From a virus (lineage: Duplodnaviria; Heunggongvirae; Uroviricota; Caudoviricetes): a stretch of DNA of 64,000 nt. This document shows positions 9,544 to 18,594 of the stretch, piece by piece. The notes beneath the pieces are model-generated. The model saw nothing but the letters and a program-made list of their open reading frames with translations, made no database searches and had not been told where the DNA came from. Position 1 is the stretch's first letter. The number at the start of each line of letters is the position of its first letter. The stretch lies in the IMG/VR virus record IMGVR_UViG_3300032280_000361; one strand, 5' to 3'. The position numbers and the translations under genes are program-made.

Positions 9544-10456
9544 AATATTCGTATGTCTTTTTTAATGCTGATTCGAACCCTAATGTAGGTAATAATCCAA
9601 TTTGTTCTTGTTTAGTTGTATCCATCTGTCTTCTCAAATCTCCATTTGGTTTAGATGTATTCCAATTTATTTTTAAATCTTTTCCACTAATCTTAATAAG
9701 TGTTTCTATCATTGATTTAATTGTAATCTCTTCTCCTGCTCCAAAGTTAATTGTAGTATGAATTTTACTTGTGTACAATCTAAGAATAGCATCTGCCACA
9801 TCTCCTGCATATACAAAATCTCTAATAGGTGTACCATCTCCCCATGCTTCAATCTCATCGGTTACTTCTACAATCTTTTTAATAGTAGATGCAATTACAG
9901 TTCCGTTTCCAGTGAAATCATCATATTCCCCAAAGATATTAGCTGGTCGAATGATAGCCCAATTGTGGTAGTTATACTGAACCGAATAGGCTTCTAATAA
10001 AATCTCACCCATTCTCTTACTCCAAGATGGAAACCAATCTGCTTCTCCAGGTAGAGTTTTCCATACATCATCTTCTACAAACTTTTCAGCCGGTGCATAT
10101 ACCCCTACTGAACTTACGAATACCAGCCAAATGTTTTGTAATGCACATTGGTTGATTATCTCTGTGTTAATTTTAAAAGATGGATAAAGAAAATCTACCG
10201 GCTTTTGTTTTGCTCTGATTGGAGAGCCCTTTACTCCGAAACAATTGAATACTGCATCAAACTTGTGGTTCATAAATAGGTATTCTATTGCAAATGGTTT
10301 TGTCAAATCATCTTGTATGAATTCCCAGCCATTTGATGGGAGTTGTTTTCCTTTTTTCAAATCAACTCCTACTACCTGATACCCCTCATTCAAACATTTT
10401 TTTAATAGGTGAGTTCCCACTAACCCATTTACTCCTGTAATTAAAACCTTTTTCAT
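9527..10456 (-). CDS. NAD-dependent epimerase/dehydratase (extended SDR)
   Basis: GVNGLVG, SSVGVY, RPANIFG, AWGDGTPIRDFVYAGD. Confidence 0.85.
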   Translation of the reverse strand: MKKVLITGVNGLVGTHLLKKCLNEGYQVVGVDLKKGKQLPSNGWEFIQDDLTKPFAIEYLFMNHKFDAVFNCFGVKGSPIRAKQKPVDFLYPSFKINTEIINQCALQNIWLVFVSSVGVYAPAEKFVEDDVWKTLPGEADWFPSWSKRMGEILLEAYSVQYNYHNWAIIRPANIFGEYDDFTGNGTVIASTIKKIVEVTDEIEAWGDGTPIRDFVYAGDVADAILRLYTSKIHTTINFGAGEEITIKSMIETLIKISGKDLKINWNTSKPNGDLRRQMDTTKQEQIGLLPTLGFESALKKTYEYYDKHK

Positions 10457-11673
10457 ATTATATTTTTATAACTTTCAGTTGAACTAAATTGTTTTTTTAA
10501 ATCTTTTATTGTTTCCTTAATCATATCGGAAAACTTATATTCAAAAAACTTACTCTTATTATGTTCTATTTTATCTATGTTTTTTTTATACCATTCTAAG
10601 ATACCATTTCCCCCTATATTATATATTCGGTTTACTTCTTTTAATGCAGAATTTAACCTAATTTCACTATTATCTATTGAATCAAATGAGTAATCTATTA
10701 AATCTTCATATAATTCAAATCCTAAATCTTTTATATGCTTATGGGTGTTAACATCTCCTATAACTAAATATGGATGACAGTTTGCAATCCCCTTAAAACT
10801 CTTCTCTGTTAAATTTAAACTATTGGTATCACAGGTTGTTTCCGTTATTATGTTAAATAGGGTATCAGAATAATGTGATTTAGTGGTATATTTTAAACTA
10901 GAAAATACATCATTATTAACTTCCGGATAATTCCAATCTAATACATTAAATCCCATACCCTCAAACCTATTGTAATACGCAATCAAATCGTACAATTCAT
11001 CTTCCTTTGAACGAAGACGATTTCTATCAAAGTATTCACTCTTTATCAATATGGATACATAACTATCATCTATATATCCCGTCTTCATTAACCACAATAG
11101 TAATTGTATTCTAAATGTTTTTGTGGTATTTTTATTGTAACTTAAGAAAAACTTTTTCTTTTCAGAATTTATATACTCATCAGTTGAAAGTAACCCAATA
11201 ACAGAACCATTATGTTCAATGGGAGTATGTAATATATCTTTATAATGGTCAGCTAAAAATCCTAATAGATATGGTTTATAAATTACATCTATCATTTTTT
11301 TATATACATCCACATTTGCATTATTTGTTATGATACATACCTGATGATTCGATAACCCAACTCTATTCTTTAACTGAATTAGCTTTTCTATAAATTGATT
11401 AGGAGTTCCTCCTTCGTGAAAATTTGTGAATGTTAATTTTATATTAGGTCTTCCCTTCACCGATTCAAATACAGATTTAATGTATTCTATATTTTCATCA
11501 AATATATGAGGTAAAAATCCACCTCTTATGGAGAAATTCCATACTATAGCCTCATCTGTTAGTTTAGTAGTATTCATTTGAAACCCATACTCCCAATCTA
11601 AATTCGATATCTCACAAAACCCATTTCCATTTGGGATATTACGGAAATCTTCATTTTCATAATAGAACTTCAT
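10453..11673 (-). CDS. Putative GT-B glycosyltransferase, GT10-like; paralog 2
   Basis: FNIITET..LTEKSFKGI..HPYLVIG..GFELY..IDYSFD. Confidence 0.55.
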   Translation of the reverse strand: MKFYYENEDFRNIPNGNGFCEISNLDWEYGFQMNTTKLTDEAIVWNFSIRGGFLPHIFDENIEYIKSVFESVKGRPNIKLTFTNFHEGGTPNQFIEKLIQLKNRVGLSNHQVCIITNNANVDVYKKMIDVIYKPYLLGFLADHYKDILHTPIEHNGSVIGLLSTDEYINSEKKKFFLSYNKNTTKTFRIQLLLWLMKTGYIDDSYVSILIKSEYFDRNRLRSKEDELYDLIAYYNRFEGMGFNVLDWNYPEVNNDVFSSLKYTTKSHYSDTLFNIITETTCDTNSLNLTEKSFKGIANCHPYLVIGDVNTHKHIKDLGFELYEDLIDYSFDSIDNSEIRLNSALKEVNRIYNIGGNGILEWYKKNIDKIEHNKSKFFEYKFSDMIKETIKDLKKQFSSTESYKNII

Positions 11674-12925
11674 CTGCTAATTTTTTAAAGTATTCCGTAC
11701 AACTTTCCCGCTTCCAAAAATTGAAAGCAACATTTTGATTGTACTCTAATATATCTTTTGCCTGATAATATAGTTTATGTAACTTATCTCTATCATTTAA
11801 TTCTTTTATTAATGTAACTACTGCATCCATTCTATCTTTAGGGGATACAATATCATCATAACTTTCATCCCACAAATCTCCAAATGTTTTAAATCCATAC
11901 TCTCTCAATCTTTCCAAATGTTTGTATGGTGCTAGAAATACTCCTAAATGTAAATTGATAAATGGTTTAAAACTCTTTTCAGTTAGATGTTCCTCATTAT
12001 TTTCAAAGGATGTTTCTGTTACAATACTACAATATGAATTATCATAACTCTGCTTAAAATGAGTAGTTTTAGTATCACCAAAATATTCAAATATATTTTT
12101 AGATTCAGGTTCGTATATAGTTTTCTTTTTAGTAACAAAAAAGTATCTTAGTTCCTTTTCTAAACTATATAATTCTTTTCTATCAAAGTATTTTGAAAAA
12201 TGTTGAACATCAAATATGTTTTTTCCTTTGTGTTTTGTTTCACCATAAAATGGTAAGAATTCATTAGGAGCAAATAACATAGACCAATCTGTATTAGATA
12301 ATATTCTTTCTTTTGTTAATTTTACCAATAATGAAACTCTATGTGCTTTTGGAACTCTATTAAAACATAAGAAATTAAATTTACGAACTGTATCTTCAAA
12401 AATTCGTTTTTGAAATTTATATCCTAATTCATTTACCTTATTATTTTCTACTGCCTTATTTAATTGAAGTGATGTATGTTCTAATAACCAATCTGTGATG
12501 TGTAGATTCATGCCAACATTACCTATTGATTCCGTATAGTATTTAATTAAATTTTTATTAGCAAAATGAATGTAGAAGGAATCAGTATGTAAGTTATTGT
12601 CTTTTATTAACTGATACAATTTCTTAAAAAATTCTTTATGGTCTCCTCCTCCCTCATGCTCTCTTAATAATAAAACTTTAATTTTCTTATTATACAGAAG
12701 TGATAAAATAGATTGAGAAAAAAATCCTTTTTTAAAAATACAATTGAAATCTTGATTTAATGATACTGGATAATATACATTAGTAGAATTCAACTTATCG
12801 ATAGATAGGTTGTTCGTTTGTATATAATCAGAGCAATATGGTAAAGTACATCCATATTGATTTCCGTTAGGAAGTGGATTTCCATTTTCCCACTTTTCAA
12901 ATAAAAGATTTAGAATGCTATCCAT
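11657..12925 (-). CDS. Putative GT-B glycosyltransferase, GT10-like; paralog 3
   Basis: FLCFNR..KAHR, SIVTET..LTEKSFKPF..GFKTF..WDESYD. Confidence 0.55.
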   Translation of the reverse strand: MDSILNLLFEKWENGNPLPNGNQYGCTLPYCSDYIQTNNLSIDKLNSTNVYYPVSLNQDFNCIFKKGFFSQSILSLLYNKKIKVLLLREHEGGGDHKEFFKKLYQLIKDNNLHTDSFYIHFANKNLIKYYTESIGNVGMNLHITDWLLEHTSLQLNKAVENNKVNELGYKFQKRIFEDTVRKFNFLCFNRVPKAHRVSLLVKLTKERILSNTDWSMLFAPNEFLPFYGETKHKGKNIFDVQHFSKYFDRKELYSLEKELRYFFVTKKKTIYEPESKNIFEYFGDTKTTHFKQSYDNSYCSIVTETSFENNEEHLTEKSFKPFINLHLGVFLAPYKHLERLREYGFKTFGDLWDESYDDIVSPKDRMDAVVTLIKELNDRDKLHKLYYQAKDILEYNQNVAFNFWKRESCTEYFKKLADEVLL

Positions 12926-13539
12926 TTCCCACTTCCGTAATGCGGATATTTTGATTTGTAAGTATAATGAATTACATCAGATGGTACTTCTCTTTTAATA
13001 TTCCAAGTCGCATCTGTAGGTGTATAAGTTGATACTCCATTATCTTCAACTACAAAGTATAATGGTAGGTCAAAGTTTCTAGCATATTTATGAACTTCAT
13101 AAAATATACCACTTTCAAAACTCATATCTCCAACGAATACCCATACCTTATCATTTCCACCATCTATTTTAATGGCATTAGCAACTCCTAACGCAATAGG
13201 TAAAGTTCCACCTACAATAGCGGATGCGTAAAATCTTTCTTCATGCTCACACATTGTAATAGATTTACCTTCCTTAATTATTTCAGTAGCGTAATCAGCG
13301 GATAATCCTTTCAATACCCAATGATAATGTGAACGCCAAGTTGAGAATACCCAATCGGTTTCTTTAATTCTTTTAAAGATTTCGATTAATGGTGCTTCGT
13401 TACCATTTGAAAGATGTACAGGCCCTTTGATTTTACCGGCTTCCCATATATCAACAATCTCTTGTTCAAACCTAATAAGTTTTTCTTCTGTCCAATCGAT
13501 ATCTCTTACTATTGGATATTGTTCTAAATTTTTTATCAT
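12910..13539 (-). CDS. ThDP-dependent enzyme, short E1-alpha-like (diphosphate-binding) subunit
   Basis: VHLSNGNE, STWRSHYH, SAIVGGTLPIALG, GDMS...VVEDN ThDP motif. Confidence 0.8.
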   Translation of the reverse strand: MIKNLEQYPIVRDIDWTEEKLIRFEQEIVDIWEAGKIKGPVHLSNGNEAPLIEIFKRIKETDWVFSTWRSHYHWVLKGLSADYATEIIKEGKSITMCEHEERFYASAIVGGTLPIALGVANAIKIDGGNDKVWVFVGDMSFESGIFYEVHKYARNFDLPLYFVVEDNGVSTYTPTDATWNIKREVPSDVIHYTYKSKYPHYGSGKWIAF

Positions 13540-14393
13540 ATTAAAAGGTCACTTATACAAACTCTGTTTTTATCAGAGCCTCTGTTTAAAGAATTATATT
13601 CATCTCCTCCTATACCAAACATTACACAATCCGTTTCTTCTAATCCCATTTCTGTGCACACTTCGGAATACTTCTCCCCAAATGTGTCCCAATTGTAATC
13701 TACTGAAAAGTTATTCATTAATTCTAACCCCAATGCCGCTCCAAATCTGTTTACCATTTGTTGCTCATTAAAAGCAGTTATACCATCATCTAATGTTCTA
13801 TATTCGTTAACCATTCTAACTCCAACTCTCATGTGTTCCATTCCATAAAACGGCTTAGATAAAGAAAAACATATAGATTGAATACATCTATGGTTTAAAT
13901 TAACGTTTATATTCTTTGCCATTGGATAATATGCAAAATCTAATAAGCATGGGATACTATTTTCATCACAATAATTTAAAAATTCTTCCGTTAATAAAGG
14001 ATGCTGTTTTCCGTAATCTGAAAATGGTACACTTAAGATAACCGCATCACCATTCTTAATTTCATCATCTTCTATGAAGGCCCAATTCCAATCATGTCTG
14101 AATGAACACTTATGATAAAAGAATTCTCCTTTAAAGAAACGGAATCTCTTCTTCTTTTGGATTAAATAAAAATGGTCAAATGCTTGTACAGTTCCATGTA
14201 TATAACTAACATCGTGATAAACTTCTAAACCACTCAATTTGTTATATTTACTACTCTTAATCCAACTTACGAAGTTAGATTTAAATTTATCTAAAACCAA
14301 ATCATCATAAATAAGGTCTGTTCTTTTAAAATCAGTAATGAACTTCCTTACTATTGGGTTTGGTATAGGCTTTGCTCCTCTTAAATTCTTCAT
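13536..14393 (-). CDS. PLP-dependent enzyme (fold type I-like)
   Basis: LLDFAYY (PLP Asp), FSLSKPFY..RVG (Schiff-base Lys and Arg). Confidence 0.6.
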   Translation of the reverse strand: MKNLRGAKPIPNPIVRKFITDFKRTDLIYDDLVLDKFKSNFVSWIKSSKYNKLSGLEVYHDVSYIHGTVQAFDHFYLIQKKKRFRFFKGEFFYHKCSFRHDWNWAFIEDDEIKNGDAVILSVPFSDYGKQHPLLTEEFLNYCDENSIPCLLDFAYYPMAKNINVNLNHRCIQSICFSLSKPFYGMEHMRVGVRMVNEYRTLDDGITAFNEQQMVNRFGAALGLELMNNFSVDYNWDTFGEKYSEVCTEMGLEETDCVMFGIGGDEYNSLNRGSDKNRVCISDLLI

Positions 14394-14862
14394 ATAAACC
14401 TGTTATTTGCATTGTATATTTTGGCTCCATCCCCATATTTCCACTAAGGTGAGGTTGTCCATATCTAATTATTTTAAAACTCATTTTTCCCCAATTAACA
14501 TACGGTTCATTATCAATCTCAAAATAATGCCCCATCTTCCATTCTTCCAAAAAAAAGTTTAATCTACATACATCTTCTTTATTACATTTGTTTTTTTCCG
14601 AAAATTTATAAAATGTATCAAAGTGTTCTGGTATCGTTTGACCAGGCATTTGTTTAATAACACTCACCGAATAATCTGAAAATATCTTTTTAGCAAAAGT
14701 ATGGTATTCATCCGGCAACTCAAATGTTTGGTAATACTGAGTGTTTTTATCAGTATATCCCGCATTTATATATCGTATGTTTTGTTCATCATATTCCGAT
14801 GAATTCCCAACACTTACGTTATTAGATATAGTTTCAAATGTTATATTATGTATTGTTAGCAT
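14332..14862 (-). CDS. Putative 2OG-Fe(II) oxygenase / cupin-fold protein
   Basis: PGQTIPEHFD (HxD), QPHLSGNMG..KYTMQITG (distal His). Confidence 0.6.
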   Translation of the reverse strand: MLTIHNITFETISNNVSVGNSSEYDEQNIRYINAGYTDKNTQYYQTFELPDEYHTFAKKIFSDYSVSVIKQMPGQTIPEHFDTFYKFSEKNKCNKEDVCRLNFFLEEWKMGHYFEIDNEPYVNWGKMSFKIIRYGQPHLSGNMGMEPKYTMQITGLYEEFKRSKAYTKPNSKEVHY

Positions 14863-15814
14863 ATCCTAATGGGAATCCGTTTCTAAATTCAGATGTCATT
14901 CTAGGTATAAGTACTTGATAGGTTTTAATCAACTCTTCGATACCATCATCTAAACTATACTTAGGTTTCCAATCTGTTTTCTCTATCTTTTCATTCGATA
15001 CTATATAATCTCTCTTATCAGGGTCTTCATAGAAATCCGAATAAGTGATTGCAAAATCTGGAATATATTCTTGTATCTTTTCTAATAATTCTTGCTTACT
15101 TAAATTTGCATCACTCAATCCTACATTATACACATTATGTTTCATCGTTTCATAGTTATGTAATCCATGATAGAATACCCTACTAACATCTTGTATATGA
15201 ATGAAGTTTCTTTTAAAATGTCTTTCGAACACCACAATATATTTGTCGGTTAATGCTTTATAAACAAATTCGTTTACTAATAAATCCGTTCTCATTCTTA
15301 AAGATGAACCAAATACGGTTGCTAATCTAAAACAAACCGCAGAAGTTGATTCCATTAATAACTTCTCCGCTGCCACTTTACTTTCCCCATAAACTGATAT
15401 TGGATTAAGAGGTGATTCTTCTGTACAAAACTTACCATCTTCCCCTACACCATATCCACTATTTGTATTAGGATATAATATTATTTGTTGGTCAGATACT
15501 ACCTTTACAATATTATCAATTTGGTTGTAGTTTATTTCCCATGCCAACTTAGGGTCTTTAGCACAAGCAGGAAATCCTACTATTGCAGCTAATGGTATTA
15601 CAACATCATGTGTACCCACTAGCTTCGTTAATAATGCCTCATTCCTAACATCACCATAGATGAAGTTATATCGTTTGTTAGCAGTAAATGCTAAGGGTGA
15701 TATTTGATTAAATGATAAGTTATCCAATACGGTAACTTCGTGCCCTAAACTTAAAAAGTTATCGGTAATTACAGAACCCAAATATCCAGCTCCTCCTGTT
15801 ATTAAAATTTTCAT
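14846..15814 (-). CDS. NAD-dependent epimerase/dehydratase (extended SDR)
   Basis: GGAGYLG, canonical YGESK, FRLATVFG, RNFIHIQD. Confidence 0.88.
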   Translation of the reverse strand: MKILITGGAGYLGSVITDNFLSLGHEVTVLDNLSFNQISPLAFTANKRYNFIYGDVRNEALLTKLVGTHDVVIPLAAIVGFPACAKDPKLAWEINYNQIDNIVKVVSDQQIILYPNTNSGYGVGEDGKFCTEESPLNPISVYGESKVAAEKLLMESTSAVCFRLATVFGSSLRMRTDLLVNEFVYKALTDKYIVVFERHFKRNFIHIQDVSRVFYHGLHNYETMKHNVYNVGLSDANLSKQELLEKIQEYIPDFAITYSDFYEDPDKRDYIVSNEKIEKTDWKPKYSLDDGIEELIKTYQVLIPRMTSEFRNGFPLGYANNT

Positions 15815-16548
15815 TCTCCTTTTATTTTATCTAAAATTCTGTTTTGTATATCATTTACATTATAATCTTGATATAAGAATCCATGATTCCCATTACCACT
15901 ATAATCCCAAACCTTAAATCTGTTAATCTTATCTTTTAGGAATCTATATCTTGCCAAAGTAAATCTTCTAGTTATTTCACTATTGAACAAATCCATTTCT
16001 TCCTTTGATAATGCCTTTTCCATAATAACCACATCATCGATATTACCTTTGTACCACCAACTATATTGTTTCAAATGGTCTTCGATGTAATGGGGTGCAC
16101 CGGCTCCTATATAGAATGGAGTATTATCATAATTTATAACCTCTGTTTTAAACTTATGTTCTCTATCAACTCCATTAACTCTAATTCTAAAAATTTTGTT
16201 AGTGTAATCAACACTATAGAATACTTCATTCCATTCTCTATTAAAATCATACGGGTCGGAAAAAGAAATATTCTCCTTATCTAATACACCGGTTAGCCAT
16301 AATTGATTTGATATTACAAATAAATCATCTTGTTTATTTATAAAACATCCACTATGAAGACCTGATTTTGAGAATAAAGCATATACCTCATTACCCTTTT
16401 CTTCTATCTTAGGAGTTCTAAACTTAGCATAGACCGTAAAATCATGCTGAAAGAATGTTTTAAAGTTTGGTTTCTTAGAAGTATTGAATGATGAATTCTC
16501 CCAAACTTTATAACTCAAATCTTTATCGAAATTTACATAGTTTATCAT
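15811..16548 (-). CDS. Stand-alone LamG/concanavalin-A-like domain protein
   Basis: FTVYAKF, W..V.YSVD..IRVNG, FYIG, YKGNIDDVVIMEKALS, DYSGNGNHG. Confidence 0.75.
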   Translation of the reverse strand: MINYVNFDKDLSYKVWENSSFNTSKKPNFKTFFQHDFTVYAKFRTPKIEEKGNEVYALFSKSGLHSGCFINKQDDLFVISNQLWLTGVLDKENISFSDPYDFNREWNEVFYSVDYTNKIFRIRVNGVDREHKFKTEVINYDNTPFYIGAGAPHYIEDHLKQYSWWYKGNIDDVVIMEKALSKEEMDLFNSEITRRFTLARYRFLKDKINRFKVWDYSGNGNHGFLYQDYNVNDIQNRILDKIKGE

Positions 16549-17933
16549 TATCTAAGGTTTTTACATAAGTTCCAAAATTCTTCTAACTCTGGAAATGTTT
16601 TTAAGAAATCAGTTCCTCTTCTTCTATCATGCTCAGTAAAGAACCTAAAGAAATCTTTTCTATCTCTCTTTAATGAATGTTCTTCTTTTGGTGCAGTTAC
16701 TACATCATAGATTCTTCTTAATTTATGAATCTCCACATCGGTATATCCTATTGGATTTTGCGTTCCTAATGTTTCATAGAAATCCATTAATTGTGCTTGC
16801 TCATAAACTTCTTTGTGCCAATCATCTGTTATAATGTTTGCCGCCTGATGGTTTGGATGTCTTAAATAAGAACTATCCAATCCAATTGGGTAGAACCAAT
16901 ATCTATCTGTGTTAGTAAATTGTTGTTTTAATTTATACACATCTTCTATCAATCCTTTATATGAAGGGATACTTAAAACATTATAAGTTCCCATAATAGA
17001 AATAGTAAGTTTAGGAATCTCTTCTAATAACTCAGCACATCTATCATACCATTGATTATAATCAAATCCATTTCTAATATATTCCGATTGTTTACCTTTA
17101 CCATCACAAGATGTAAATAAGACAAACTCTCTAACTAATCCTTCTCCACTAATTCTTTTAATCTTTTCCTTTGCCATTTGATATAACTTATCAGGTGCAC
17201 CTAAGTTAGAATTGATTGCCAATTTTAACTTTGGGTTAGGATTATCAATTACATAATCAAATACCTTAAAAGTATCTTTGTGTAAAAGGGGTTCACCTCC
17301 AGTAATTCTAAAGTTTAGAAGGTCTTTATATAAATCAGGCCACCACTTCCAAAATGCTTCTACATATGGATTTTGGTCAGCTTGTTTAAATGGTTGCTTA
17401 CCATCTCTGATTAATTGGTCTAAACTATTATGTCGAGTTGAAGTTGGATACGCACCAAATTGTTCAATCTCATCCCACCATTGTGTAGAGAATTGTGGAT
17501 AACAATATGAACACTTAAAGTTACATACATTTGAGAACGATACCTCAACGTATGAAGGGTTCACATCCTCTAAGTAAGAACTATTCTTAATCTCTTCATA
17601 ATAAGGTAATGCCCACTCTTCCGCAGATTTAAAAGTTCTATCTGAAAACTCATTTGAGCTATCTTCAACTTTCCAACAATAATCACATTCATTTGGCTTA
17701 ATACCTTGTAACATTTCTCTTCTCAATTCCTTTTTGTATTTGGTATTGTGAAGTGCAGATGGGTTACCTTCTAATTCTTCAGGTACAATTTTGTGTAATC
17801 CAGGATGGTGACAAGAGTGATTCTGCCCTATATGTAAATGTAGGGTAACTTGTTTCCACTTAGCTAAACAAAATCCTTGTCCAACTGAATTTAGTTTTTT
17901 CCTTATATCGGAATATCTCTCTATATTATCCAT
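16548..17933 (-). CDS. Radical SAM protein with N-terminal twitch/SPASM-like domain; paralog 2
   Basis: CNFKCSYC, ITGGEP, N-terminal FCLAKW..SCHHP..CDYCW. Confidence 0.9.
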   Translation of the reverse strand: MDNIERYSDIRKKLNSVGQGFCLAKWKQVTLHLHIGQNHSCHHPGLHKIVPEELEGNPSALHNTKYKKELRREMLQGIKPNECDYCWKVEDSSNEFSDRTFKSAEEWALPYYEEIKNSSYLEDVNPSYVEVSFSNVCNFKCSYCYPQFSTQWWDEIEQFGAYPTSTRHNSLDQLIRDGKQPFKQADQNPYVEAFWKWWPDLYKDLLNFRITGGEPLLHKDTFKVFDYVIDNPNPKLKLAINSNLGAPDKLYQMAKEKIKRISGEGLVREFVLFTSCDGKGKQSEYIRNGFDYNQWYDRCAELLEEIPKLTISIMGTYNVLSIPSYKGLIEDVYKLKQQFTNTDRYWFYPIGLDSSYLRHPNHQAANIITDDWHKEVYEQAQLMDFYETLGTQNPIGYTDVEIHKLRRIYDVVTAPKEEHSLKRDRKDFFRFFTEHDRRRGTDFLKTFPELEEFWNLCKNLR

Positions 17934-18594
17934 ATTTATTTGGTCTGGCTTTCGAAACGAAATCCATTATTTTATCGTGTTTAAATTTAACCGGCTCAGA
18001 TATTAATCCATGATTACCATTTCCACTATTATCAAATATCTTAAAGTTAGTTTTTGCATCCATATCCAAAGAAGTATAAATTCCTTCTTCTTCTAATACA
18101 ACATCTCTCTTTAAATTAAATAAAATTTCATGTTGTTCTAACGGTCTATCGTAAATAACTAATCTACTTAATTCACCTTCTAATATATTTTCATCGGTTG
18201 TCTTTTCGTGAATATTATCAGCTAAGAATGTAAAGTAGTTATTCTCATCTACTACCTTTGGGTAATCAGGTTTGAAATCAAAACTAACTACCTTATCTCC
18301 ATTGAAGTAAGTAAACTTATGTCTTTTATAATCTATATTGATAAAGAAATCAAATTCATTACCGATATCATCTACAATAAAAGAATGATACGTTCCCAAA
18401 TCCTGAAATTGGAAATGTAATCTATCTTCTGATATAATAAGTGTTTCGGTTGATAGATTTCTTCTAAACAAATACCCCACCTTTTTAGTACAATTATGTG
18501 TACCTGTAAATCTAATAGAATATCCTGCGACTAAGTCTGTAAACTTTTTGGAATTGGTTTTGTTATTAGATTCGTTTTGGATTGTGAATATCAT
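17926..18594 (-). CDS. Stand-alone LamG/concanavalin-A-like domain protein (degenerate)
   Basis: LEGELSRLVIYDRPL, DNSGNGNHG; homologous to 15811-16548. Confidence 0.65.
   Translation of the reverse strand: MIFTIQNESNNKTNSKKFTDLVAGYSIRFTGTHNCTKKVGYLFRRNLSTETLIISEDRLHFQFQDLGTYHSFIVDDIGNEFDFFINIDYKRHKFTYFNGDKVVSFDFKPDYPKVVDENNYFTFLADNIHEKTTDENILEGELSRLVIYDRPLEQHEILFNLKRDVVLEEEGIYTSLDMDAKTNFKIFDNSGNGNHGLISEPVKFKHDKIMDFVSKARPNKYG

Noticed and set aside
7159-13539. Pyruvate dehydrogenase auxiliary metabolic genes (pdhA/pdhB)
   Set aside because: Both subunits are far too short, no E2/E3 genes are seen, and the context is sugar-nucleotide enzymes.
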